Shown here: in pieces, positions 35,201-45,947 of the stretch
Layout: the number at the start of each line of letters is the position of its first letter
Position numbering within the stretch: the stretch's first letter is position 1
DNA from: Tubiluchus corallicola
Taxonomy: Eukaryota > Animalia > Priapulida
Direction: 5' to 3'
Assembly (NCBI GenBank): GCA_030141605.1
Contig: JAQGDQ010000559.1
Location: 77,266-141,265 of the forward strand
Length of the DNA: 64,000 nt
Notes under the pieces: model-generated
The model's input: the letters and a program-made list of their open reading frames with translations, nothing else
What the model was told of the DNA's origin: nothing
Databases searched by the model: none
Made by a program: the position numbers and the translations under genes

Positions 35201-37113
35201 TCAGGACGAATTCGTCATTATACATTTGTCAAAGTTCGCATTGCATATAATTCTAATCTGTTATGTATGATTATAAAGAAGACAGAGTGCAATTTAAATT
35301 TTACAACTTTTACTTGTAACTGCGATGACCGTTAGGTGCAGCCATTTTAATAGTAAGTCGTATATGACAAGTTTAGATAACATCGTGTAGTTTGGAAAAA
35401 TAATCAGAGCTTTCGTAAATATAAATTACTTTACATTGTCAAATAAGATCGTGGTGAGTAAATGGTTTTATTTTGTAGCTTTTGTAGTATTAATTATGTT
35501 AAAATGTATACTTTTTATCGGTCTTGAAAATAGGGTATTTATGTTTTCCTTCTTTCAGATATGCTGGATTCTTTTTTCGCATATATTCAACGAATTTGCA
35601 GCAGCGTATTGACGAATTTGAACAAGAGCACGGCCAAGATTTTGACAAAATCCCAGAGAAGGAGGTACGTAATAGAAACAACTTTTCTGTGATGCGACAA
35701 CGCGCTTTTGTTAGTATTATTTACCCCTATAAGCTTACCAGTGCTTGAAAAGAGAAACTACACTCATACCTCGGTTTCCGGACAAAAGCGGGGAGACGTC
35801 GGTCCATATTTACCAATACCAAGATAATACAACAGGCGCCGTGCATTAGACTCACGGTGATGTAGAATCAATTGTCTCCAAAAACGTCTAGTACGAGCCG
35901 CTCCTATGCAAAAGTATGTAAAAACTGACGGCAATTGACTCAAGTATTTCGCATAATTGATTCTATATTTCCCATAGAGATATACACGTGGTTACACTGA
36001 TGTAAACAAAGTGAGGGCCTGCCATCTAGCGGTCAGCTCGCAAAACAACGGAGTGTGTCCGTAATATGCAGAACTTTTTAACGGTTTGAATTAGTTTTGA
36101 CAGTGGGGGAGGGGGGGGGGGCTACGGTAAGCCACGGTGCGTTTTGCGAAAAGTTACGAAGTTTATCAATTACGTCATAATCTTCAAGTGAGAACGATGG
36201 CTGCCATCGGATCTGAAAATTCCTATTCAGTGGCACCGAAAATTAGCTTTACATCTTATATACGTGCAGTTTTTTGCAATTTTATTTGTCATTTTTTCTA
36301 AGTTTAAGTGATAACAGTAAATAAAACCATTATGCCAAGTGACCTGTCCTTTCCTTTAACAGGTCTCTGAAATGTCACTGGGAGGCTTAACAATTTAGTA
36401 CACTGTTTAATAAGCAGCAGTAATTGAATTGTTCATTATCGATCTCTTTATCAATCAGTGAACAACTTCCCGCATTATTTCCGGCAGATCAAGATTACTG
36501 GAACACACGAGCGAAACACGTGCCAGGTAGACGAGGATAATGCCATCTATGAATGTGTTTTGTAACGTTTTTATCAAATGTTTCAATATTATATAATAAA
36601 CACAATACAAGCTAAGATGGGTTTTTTGTATTTTTGCAGGAGGGCGTTAAGTTCACCGTAAACAAGCTACTCGTTCTTCTTCCGTCATCCTGCAAGGTTC
36701 TGGACACACTTGAAGACGTGAGTGGCGTGGAAATGATAGGAAACATCTCAGAACTCCAGGCGCCAGCAACCGATAGACGGCTGTTTCTGTCGCACAGACA
36801 ACGGTACGTTGGACACAGCACGGTTTACAAGCTGGGCGAGGACTACTTCATTGCAGAATTTGCCACACCGCTGCGCTTGTTTGACGTCATGAGAAGTCGT
36901 GACGTCATCGACGACAAGTTACTGGCCATCTACTACGAGCAGTTTGTCAACCGACTGTACACAGTTCTTCAGGAAAACGCTTTTTATCAGAATAATTTTG
37001 AACTGGTGGCATATGACGACACGGCAGATGCTGGGGGCAGTCTTGTTCAAACCCTCAGATGGCTCTTTCTTAGAAGTGCTACAGCACCGAAATATACGGC
37101 ACTGTATAACTAA
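26185..37113 (+). CDS. Caspase-like (peptidase C14 fold) - STING - STING fusion protein, about 661 aa, 10 coding exons
   Basis: Exons 26185-26253, 28609-28785, 30012-30177, 30750-30812, 31291-31341, 32012-32112 (or 31982-32112), 33430-33546, 34451-35112, 35559-35664, 36640-37113. All introns are GT-AG, all phases match and there are no stops. Caspase motifs come first, followed by two STING ligand-binding-domain motif sets. Confidence 0.85.
27890..28230. repeat. Degenerate (GTT/GGT)n trinucleotide repeat
   Basis: Direct reading; explains the poly-N/L/V ORFs. Confidence 0.9.
28609..28785 (+). CDS. Fusion gene exon 2, caspase large-subunit start
   Basis: VYRMDSTPRGYCLIINSLEF...RKG...LFEQLGFVV matches caspase Y-M-PRG-clIIN...R-G...LF-LGF-V; donor GTAAGT. 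Confidence 0.93.
30012..30177 (+). CDS. Fusion gene exon 3, caspase (region of the catalytic His)
   Basis: EELKFRLSSFARDSKHDQASCSVVILLSADG...; the SHG position reads SADG; phase 0-1. Confidence 0.88.
30255..30606. repeat. (CTCTT)n microsatellite in a fusion-gene intron
   Basis: Direct reading. Confidence 0.98.
30750..30812 (+). CDS. Fusion gene exon 4, caspase catalytic-Cys motif
   Basis: EKNAPYLSGKPKIFILHGCRG corresponds to caspase P-L-GKPKlFiiQACRG; phase 1-1. Confidence 0.93.
31291..31341 (+). CDS. Fusion gene exon 5, caspase small-subunit start
   Basis: GQSFPPVNDVMICSATP corresponds to P--aDfl-aysT-pG; acceptor ttttttccAG, donor GTGAGT, phase 1-1. Confidence 0.88.
32012..32112 (+). CDS. 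Fusion gene exon 6, caspase small subunit
   Basis: ASYSNSDGRFFINSFVKTV...LQELLTK corresponds to GSWFI...l--lLT-V; an alternative in-frame acceptor lies at 31982. Confidence 0.88.
32211..32783. mobile_element. Second TTAA-ended DNA transposon family; copies at about 4600-4960 and 54805-55395 (inverted), fragments at 33765 and 35300
   Basis: Shared ttagtgagtggcgcaccctggag and aataatcagagcattcgta; end cccctttcttgtacc|ttaa. Confidence 0.75.
32925..33320 (+). mobile_element. Penelope-like element fragment (GIY-YIG C-terminus plus hammerhead-like relic)
   Basis: KTSRHFKVRICGYLGISSRTGK...SSINDHICASGH...FSIV resembles the Penelope GIY-YIG tail; ctgatga-tgacag...ctgccaaaac at 33281-33310. Confidence 0.65.
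33430..33546 (+). CDS. Fusion gene exon 7, caspase C-terminus
   Basis: VQGKM...SQLLSFESTLKYPLYFNPPV corresponds to caspase Q-P---STL-K-LYF-P; donor GTG|GTAAGA phase 0. Confidence 0.88.
34451..35112 (+). CDS. Fusion gene exon 8: STING ligand-binding domain 1, linker, start of domain 2
   Basis: GIGTAFAYWHWCGF ~ [24 protein letters not shown] ~ RLYILLPLDC; DVAGTKARKYGVSIY ~ DRAGIKDRVYSNSIY; FAMDYPSILQ ~ VLEYATPLQ; FHLALLNIL ~ FCRTLEDIL; LLPYDD ~ LIAYQE. Confidence 0.9.
35559..35664 (+). CDS. Fusion gene exon 9: STING domain 2 dimerisation helix
   Basis: Phase 2-0; the spliced sequence GFLAAERYAGFFFRIYSTNLQQRIDEFEQEH ~ [29 protein letters not shown]. Confidence 0.88.
36640..37113 (+). CDS. Fusion gene exon 10: STING domain 2 remainder and stop
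   Basis: KLLVLLPSSC, STVYKL, FIAEFATPLRLFDVM, FVNRLYTVL, NNFELVAYDD, SLVQTL occur in STING order. Confidence 0.92.
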   Translation, partial: EGVKFTVNKLLVLLPSSCKVLDTLEDVSGVEMIGNISELQAPATDRRLFLSHRQRYVGHSTVYKLGEDYFIAEFATPLRLFDVMRSRDVIDDKLLAIYYEQFVNRLYTVLQENAFYQNNFELVAYDDTADAGGSLVQTLRWLFLRSATAPKYTALYN

Positions 37114-37195
37114 CCTGTACTCGGATGTAGGTCAAAGGACCACCACGGAGAAAGGACCACCACGGAGAAAGGACGACCAGTCAAAGAGCCACCTG

Positions 37196-37900
37196 ACAAT
37201 AGTAGATGAAATAAAAAACTCAATAGAGGAGAAACTGAACAGAATGGATCTCGCTGTAAACAAAAATAAAACTGAAGAGTTTCACGTGACACGCCATGGT
37301 GACGAATCATGGCAAAGATGCAAATATCTCGGTAGTCTCCTGGCAACAGAAGACGACATATCAAGTCAGAAGATAGTGGCATTATCAGCTTACTCAACAC
37401 TCACAAAGGTTTTTGAGAATAGGAAGGTTTCTGTGGAAACAAAAATTAGAATATTCTCAGCCTTAGTTGAAAGTGTATTTCTGTATAACTCTGAGCTCTG
37501 GACATTAAAGCTGAAATGCGTTTCAAAGGCGAAATTACAGAAACATTTTGGATATAAGATGGCCAAAGAAAATTTCAAACTAAGATCTATATCAAAAAAT
37601 ACAAGAAGAGCCTTGGACAAGAAAAATAAAAAGACGCTGTTTGAGATGGATTGGGCAAATGCTTAGACTACCTGATGATGTTCCAGTAAAGATAGCTCTT
37701 CAACAAGCCACAGAACCAGCTAAAAAACCTGCAGGAGGACACAATGTTAACATATTTAGATTTTGCACAGAAAGATTTAAACACTTCAGCATTGATCCTT
37801 GGTGCATCCACTTGGGGCATTACGGCGTGTAGGGAATCTTGGCATTGGGAGGTGAGCAGAATCATGTCCCTGGACGTGTGATTCATTGGATGATGAAGAT
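37196..37900 (+). mobile_element. RTE-clade LINE 3' fragment (frameshifted); related minus-strand fragment at about 62480-62780
   Basis: LAVNKNKTE...WQRCKYLGSLL...KIRIFSALVESVFLYNSELWTL...RWIGQMLRLPDDVPVKIAL is the RT thumb/C-terminal region of RTE-like elements. Confidence 0.85.
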
Positions 37901-38799
37901 CTCTGGTCAAAGATTCACAAGAAAAGAAAAATTAACAGCGAATAAGACTTAGAAGACGACGCAAATGTCAACTGAAAAACCATTTGACCTTGACCTACTT
38001 TTTGTTTTTTGCTGGGATAATCATGTTATTTGCAAAGACTATTTGCGCAGTCTGTTTGTCAGTACTTTCTACTCACTAGGACAAAAATTTCGTTTGGAAG
38101 TTTAGAATTTGTCCCCCTTGATGGTACAGATGTCTGCTCTGGCCTAAGGACTAATGTTAGTCCTATAATTGTTCAAGTAAATAAAATAAAAAAGTGTAAG
38201 AAATAAATTGATTCATCATTAATATTATGATCAGTCACGTTTTATTAAATAAAATAATAACAGTGAGAAATTTCAAAATGTTGAAGGTAGTTCATTGACT
38301 GGTGTTCATTTGTCTTTGGTGGTCCTTTGACTGGTGGTCCATTGCCTGTGGTCGTCCTTTCACTAGTGACCCTTTGATCACTTTTGAAATGTTGAATGTA
38401 GTTCCTTGACTGGTGTTCGTTTGTCTGTAGTGGTCCTTTGACTGGTGGTCCTTTGTCCGGTGGCCTTTTGACCGCCCACGATTCTTCGTTGCACTATTAT
38501 GTATGCTATTATATATGCATAGATGTGAGAAAAAACTAGAACGCACTAGATAAGTAAAAATTTCTTAGCTCTCGTATCATTTCCATATTCAACTTAGTAC
38601 TTTATATTATATAAGAAAATGTATTTCTAAGTAGGAATTAAGTAACTTCTTTTGCTTACCCATTTGAAAAAAAACATTTTGACGTAGTTCATAGAAGAAT
38701 TAATCTTTACTAAGTCTTACAAATAAAGCAAACTGAGTCAGTTAATTGGTCCTGTCTGACTCGTCAGTAAACGATACAAGCAGAGCAGTTTTAGTCCTA

Positions 38800-39108
38800 T
38801 AGACGGATACATCCTATCCTATATCTGCAATTGATTACGTGTATTTGTTAATATTTCTCTTAATTGTTAGGAAGTGATTTAACAATTAAATGTAGTTTTT
38901 AATAGACGGATTGAGGACTAGGACTATATATTGCACGATTCAAATAATTATTGATGATATATATATACATCCTATCCTATATTCTATAGCTGCTTACATG
39001 TATTTGTTAATATTTTTCTTAGTTGCTAAGGGAGAGATTTAACAATTAAATGTAGTTTTTAATAGACGGATTGAGTACCATATATTGCATGATTCAAATA
39101 ATCATTGA

Positions 39109-39166
<58 letters not shown>

Positions 39167-39320
39167 TATCCTATGTTCTACTGCTGATTACATGTATTTG
39201 TTAATATTTCTCTTAATTGTTAGGAAGAGATTTAACAATTAAATGTAGTTTTTAATAGACGGATTGAGTACCATATATTGCATGATTCAAATAATTATTG
39301 ATGATATATATATATATATA
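38800..39320. repeat. About 160-180-bp tandem repeat x3 with (TA)n
   Basis: gatttaacaattaaatgtagtttttaatagacggattgag recurs three times. Confidence 0.85.
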
Positions 39321-39593
39321 GTACTTAATAAACAGACGTTCTTGTTGTTTTGCTGTACTAGTTTCATTCCTTTATTGAAAATTGTCAACAATTCATTCAA
39401 TTCAATTCGAATTTTTATTCCATTAACTAAGACAATATAAAACACAAATACAGTATTAAAATGAAATAAAATGCAATGAAGTAAAAATGCAAAATTAAAT
39501 TGAAAATACAGGATTCCTGAATTAAGAATAAATAAATTTCAGAAACTAATTATGTTTATATTTTTTTCATTCCATTTATTCATTCATAGTTTG

Positions 39594-40862
39594 CCTACCT
39601 ACCTACCTACCTACCTACCTACCTACCTACCTACCTACCTACCTACCTACCTACCTACCTACCTACCTACCTACCTACCTACCTGCCTACTTTCCTACCT
39701 ACTTACCTACCTACCTACCTACCTACCTACCTACCTACCTACCTACCTACCTACCTACCTACCTACCTACCTACCTACCTACCTACCTGCCTACTTTCCT
39801 ACCTACTTACCTACCTACCTACCTACCTACCTACCTACCTACCTACCTACCTACCTACCTACCTACCTACCTACCTACCTACCTACCTACCTACCTACCT
39901 GCCTACTTTCCTACCTACCTACCTACCTACCTACCTACCTACTTACCTACCTACCTACCTACCTACCTACCTACCTACCTACCTACCTACCTACTTACCT
40001 ACCTACCTACCTACCTACCTACCTACCTACCTACCTACCTACCTAACTACCTACCTACCTACCTACCTACCTACCTACCTACCTACCTACCTACCTACCT
40101 ACCTACCTACATAACTACCTACTTACCTACCTACCTACCTACCTACCTACCTACCTACCTACCTACCTACCTACCTACCTACCTACCTACCTACCTACCT
40201 ACCTACCTACTTACCTACCTACCTGCCTACCTACCTACCTACCTACCTGCCTACCTACCTACCTAACTACCTACTTACCTACCTACCTACCTACCTACCT
40301 ACCTACCTACCTACCTACCTACCTACCTACCTACCTGCCTACCTACCTATATGCCTACCTACCTACCTGCCTACTTACCTACCTAACTACCTACTTACCT
40401 ACCTACCTACCTACCTACCTACCTACCTACCTACCTACCTACCTACCTACCTACCTACCTACCTACCTACCTACCTACCTACCTACCTACCTACCTACCT
40501 ACCTACCTACCTACCTAACTACCTACCTACCTACCTACCTACCTACCTACCTACCTACCTACCTACCTACCTACCTACCTACCTACCTACCTACCTACCT
40601 ACCTACCTACTTACCTACCTACCTACCTACCTACCTACCTACCTACCTACCTACCTACCTACCTACCTCCATCCATCCATCCATCCATCCATCCATCCAT
40701 CCATCCATCCATCCATCCATCCATCCATCCATCCATCCATCCATCCATCCATCCATCCATCCATCCATCCATCCATCCATCCATCCATCCATCCATCCAA
40801 ACATCCATCCATCCATCCATCCATCCATCCATCCATCCATCCAAACATCCATCCATCCATCT
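39594..40862. repeat. (CTAC)n then (CCAT)n compound microsatellite, about 1.27 kb
   Basis: Direct reading. Confidence 0.98.
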
Positions 40863-43800
40863 ATCTGTCTATTTATCTGTCTGCATATCTCTACATACAC
40901 ACATACTTGTATATCATACACGAATATCTGTTTGCTCAAATATTAGACGTGTTTTGTACATTATGAAATAAAGCTGTTAAGGGACATACTAACACGAGTT
41001 TCACTAGCAAGAACTGACCGTACTGGCCATCACAAAAGGTCATGAAGTGACCAGATTTAATCACTGATGTACCGATAAAGCTGTGACCTCTTTGCGTAAA
41101 CTAAAACTTACTACATAGGGGGCGTCTAAAGCTGAGAAAAGACAATCAAGGGTCGAGCAAAATGAAAAAATGTAAAGTGAAAAAATGAGCGTGAGAAAGA
41201 TGTTGATCTCAAGGTATTTCTAAACGTTTCCTGAAACTAGTTTAAGCAAACTTCTACATCAGCGCCTCCTTTTTGAATAGGCCGCCGGTCATTCGGTCAA
41301 ATTCAGTATTGACTTGAGATTTAGTACAAACGTCCAGCAAGAGTGGAGTTCTTTGACAATTCTAGTTACCTGTAGTTACAACGAAACAGAATAGATAACA
41401 TAGCGAGAAAGAATTTCATTTTTTGTTCTGGTTTTTACTCTTACAATGAATACGGTCGTTTGGAGGGGGGGGGGGGGGGGGGCAGTTCAACTTGGTCGAA
41501 GCGAGAGTGCTGAATGTATGGTAATATGGAAGTTGAGGCTCTGGACAGTCGATTCTGACGCGCGACCATAATGTATAAAACGATTACGTTATGTAAAAGT
41601 ATTGCAGTTTTGGAGATGCGGTTCGACATTTTGTACATTATGTCCAAAGTCAGATTAATCATTAAAGGAAAACTGGACAGAATCTTAAACTGCAGGTCAA
41701 AATAATCTGCTTTTTAAAAATATTGAAAGGAAACATACTATTTCTCCAAAAATTTGCTAGTTAGACAGGCACTGGCGCCTGCATTTCGGAATATTGCACA
41801 AAAAGCAGGTGTTGCACCTCTCAGTTCAGAAGTGTTAGTTTGGGATGAACTACACAACGTGCGACAGCTCATGCGTGAGTACAGCGGTAAATTTGAAATA
41901 TGAATTTTTATCTTAAAACTTGCATAGTTTTAGTACAACACACTGAATATCTTACAGTAGCTCTGTACTTCAATTTTTGCCTTCACAAACACGTGCAACA
42001 CGCTCGTAGAATATGTTTGATGTTGAAAATTATGTCAGTTTGTGATGTCATGAATAGCTGAGCTGGACCGCCATTAATTAAGTTTTTAATAGATTATTTA
42101 TTTATTAGAAACGCTTTTTCCGTATTAAATGTGTTAAAATGTCCGATTTTTATCGGACTTGAAAGTGGGGTAATATACGAAAAATTATCCTGTCTTCCTT
42201 TAAGCTAATAAGAGTGGAGTCTTAGAACAAACTGCATTCAGCGTTCGAGCGGGGCCGGGGGGTCGAGTCCACAGACCGACACAACAACAAAAAAAACCGA
42301 AAAATTCTAATAACTGATTAAACCTGAATAGATTTGTGCTTCTAAAGATTTTAATACTTATGCAGAAATACGTTACTTCTTTTTGCAAAAAACTACAATT
42401 GCTTTAGCGGTTTAGTCAAGCCGTAACGCGCACGCTTTTCATCTGGGGGGGGGGGGGAGGGGGGTCATGAGTTCGATGTTTCAGCAACAAAATTGATATA
42501 TTCATACAGTCAAAAGTACGTAGTTCTAGTTGTGCAATGAAAAATATCAATACCGATGCTGTACCAAGCAACAACAGTTTATTAACCATTGAAAATCAAG
42601 TCTTTTATCCAAACCACTGCCAGTCAAACTTTGTCAAAAATACGAATTGTTTCTGGCCCTGCGGTGTCTGAATAATTTCCCCAAATGCTAATTTTCTGCT
42701 CATGCGCAATTAGCCGCCAGGTAGAAAAAGATTACCTTTCCTTTTACTGTTTGAGTTTTTTGAACAGTTCAAGGTAATTTGGCGCGTGGTCACTACATAT
42801 AGGGCTGTGAAGCGTGTAGGACAATCTACGTAAACCTGATTTGTGCACAGAGGAAGGACGGGTGTGGCTATATTCCGCGGCTGATCCATTTTATCTGGAT
42901 CACACTTCATGAAAAGTTCAAATTTTTTGGGGAAGCGTTTGTATCAGTTTAAAAAAACGTGCGAAAACCTGAACAGAGATTGTTGAGGCTCGCTTTGAGG
43001 TGCAAAATGCGTTTGAAATAGTTCCCAACTCCCGGATCTTTGGTTCCCCGTCATGGATCCGGTCTGATATGAACCACTCGAGTATAAAACTTGGCGTTTC
43101 ACCCCCGACACCTGGCCTAGTTGCTATGTACCGATACGGTACTTTTCCGCGTCTATAAAATTGTTCGTCATCGTGACTTAATTTTGACCACCGTCCGCTT
43201 CCTAGATCGTTTTGCCGTGGAAAATTCCACGCGGCGTTGCTGTCTTCCTAAACCCGTCGCTAGATTTCGCTGCGTTTTTTTCTAGAAAAAGATTGGCAGA
43301 TGAACAAGAAATGCATGTGTCATCGTACGTAAACCGGTTCGTAGATTTTCATGAATAATGTAATTCAGACTCAATGCAACTGTGTGTGTGCAGAATGGAT
43401 AAACCACTTTGTTGAACGAGTGACAGAAAATGTGCAAGTAAACATTGTAATCGAGGCATTTCTGTTGAATTTTGTTACTCATTCTTTTGTCGTGCTGAGT
43501 TGTACACGCGGAAGATTGCTTGGCAGATTTGTGTAGAATTTGTCGCATGTGTGTTTGCTGTTATTACGTAGCAATAAACTGTAAGCATTACGGAGTTCTT
43601 TATACAGTTTCACTAATTCTAAGAGACTTTTGTTATCGATAATTTCTTCGATAACTTCCTTGTATCGATCACATTCGTTTCGTCGTTCAGGAACTTTGAA
43701 AAAGGTTAGTAAGCTAAATTTATCAAAGCAAGACAGGATGATTTTTCTTTACATTACCCCGTTTTTAAGTCCGATGAAAAGTATGTGATTTATTTTATAT

Positions 43801-44441
43801 TATTTTTAACACGATTAATACTGCAAAAGCGTTTCTGATAATTAAATAATAGATTAAGATCTTAATTAACGACGGGCGAGCCCATTTATTGATGACATCA
43901 CAAACTAACATAATTTTCAACAACGAAAATATTTCACGAACGTGTTGCACGTGTTTGCTAAAGCGAAAGTTGAAGTACATTGCTACTGTAATATATTCAG
44001 TGTGTTGTACTAAAACTAGGCAGGTTTTAAGATAAAAATTCAAATTTCAAACTTGCTGCTGTGCTCACGCGTGAGCTGTCAAACGTGTGCACTACATCAC
44101 AAACTAAGACATCTGAACTGAGAGGTACAGCACCTGTTTTTGTAAAACGTGTACCCGAAATGCGGGCTCTAGTGCCCGTCTAACTAGCGAAGGACGAAAT
44201 GCGTGTAACAGCCAAGAACTAGTGGCGCGAACGTGAAATTGTGTTTGTGTGGTAATAATTCTTTTACATTTGAAAAAATAGTTTGATTCCTTTCAATTTT
44301 TTTAAAGAGTATATTGTTATGACCTGCAGTTTAAGATTGGGTCCGGTTTTGCTTGAAATTAAATGTGGTGAATATTTATGATCCCACAAAAATATATTTT
44401 ACAGCAGGAATGCAGGTCGTCATTGCGTTGTTGCATAACTC

Positions 44442-44918
44442 AATTCATTCATTCTTCCAATCATTCATTCATTTATTCATTCATCCGTCCATTCATTCAT
44501 TCATTTATTCATTCATCCAAACATTCATTCATTCATCCAATCATTCATTCGTTTATTCATCCATCCATCCATTCATTCATTCATTCATTCATTCATTCAT
44601 TCATCAAATCATCCAATTAATCATTCATTCATTCATCCAATCATTCATTCATTTATTCATTCATCCAATCATTCATTCATTCATCCAATCATTCATTCAT
44701 TCATTCATTCATTCATTCATTCATCCATCCATCCATCCATTCATTCATTCATTCATTCATTCATTCATTCATTCATTCATTCATTCATTCATAAAATCAT
44801 CCAATCAATCATTCATTCATTCATCCAATCATAATTCATCCAGTCAATCATTCATCCAATCATTCATTCCTTCATCCAATCATTCATTCATTCACCCAAT
44901 CATTCATTCATTCATTCA
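44442..44918. repeat. (ATTC)n degenerate microsatellite
   Basis: Direct reading. Confidence 0.95.
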
Positions 44919-45324
44919 ACGGTTACCTGTTAATAATCATACTTTCCATGCACCATAAGTCTCTCCATCTATTTCAAATACTGCGTCTGTTTGCTTGGAT
45001 TTAGTCCATTTACAACTGAGTATATCCTTTGTCCTTGACAGACTACGCGTAACCATCTACCGGACAACCTTGAAGGCCTGTGGGTTAATAGGGGAAACCT
45101 TTAAGGCATCTTCTTAACATCAACAAAGTCGCCTGTATCGGCTGAGTTCAAAAGCGTTTAGTATTCACCCGTAATTACCCCCCGGAATTGTGTGTGCCAC
45201 AAGGCTTTCATTGTTAAACAATTTGCCAGATAAATTATCTTCGTTTAAATTATAAATAAGTTTTTGTTTGTTCTAGTTTAGAACTTCGAACACCAAATGT
45301 GGAGCAAAAAGATCAATTGAACAG

Positions 45325-45915
45325 CGACAACAAGAATGACTGTCAAAGGGTTAAACAACAACAAGAATAACTGTGAAAGGGTTAAACAACAACAAAAATT
45401 ACTGTCAAAGGGTTAAACGACGACAAGAATAACTGTGAAAGGGTTAACTAACAACAAGAAAAACTGTGAAAGGGTTAAACACCAACAAGAAAAACTGTGA
45501 AAGGGTTAAACAACAACAATAATAACTGTGAAACGGTTAAACAACAACAATAAAAACTGTGAAAGGATTAAACAACAACAATAATAACTGTGAAAGGGTT
45601 AAACAACAACAAAAATTACTGTCAAAGGGTTAAACAACACGACAAGAATAACTGTGAAAGGGTTAACTAACAACAAGAAAAACTGTTAAAGGGTTAAACA
45701 ACAACAATAATAACTGTGAAAGGGTTAAACAACAACAACAATAACTGTGAAAGGGTTAAACAACAACAACAATAACTGTGAAAGGGTTAAACAACAACAA
45801 GAATAACTGTGAAAGGGTTAAACAACAACAACAATAACTGTGAAAGGGTTAAACAACAACAAGAATAACTGTCAAAGGGTTAAACGACGACAAGAATAAC
45901 CGTAAAAGGGTTAAA
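45325..45915. repeat. 31-bp minisatellite, about 19 copies
   Basis: Unit aataactgtgaaagggttaaacaacaacaag. Confidence 0.95.
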
Positions 45916-45947
45916 GATCAGTAAACAGTTTGCAGTTCGACACAGCG

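Noticed and set aside
36899-37666. 255-aa ORF as a reverse-transcriptase domain fused to the STING gene
   Set aside because: It is in a different frame from STING2, which stops at 37113; it is a frameshifted LINE fragment lacking the RT catalytic core.
45325-45915. Interstitial telomeric repeat
   Set aside because: Only one GGGTTA per 31-bp unit, not tandem hexamers.
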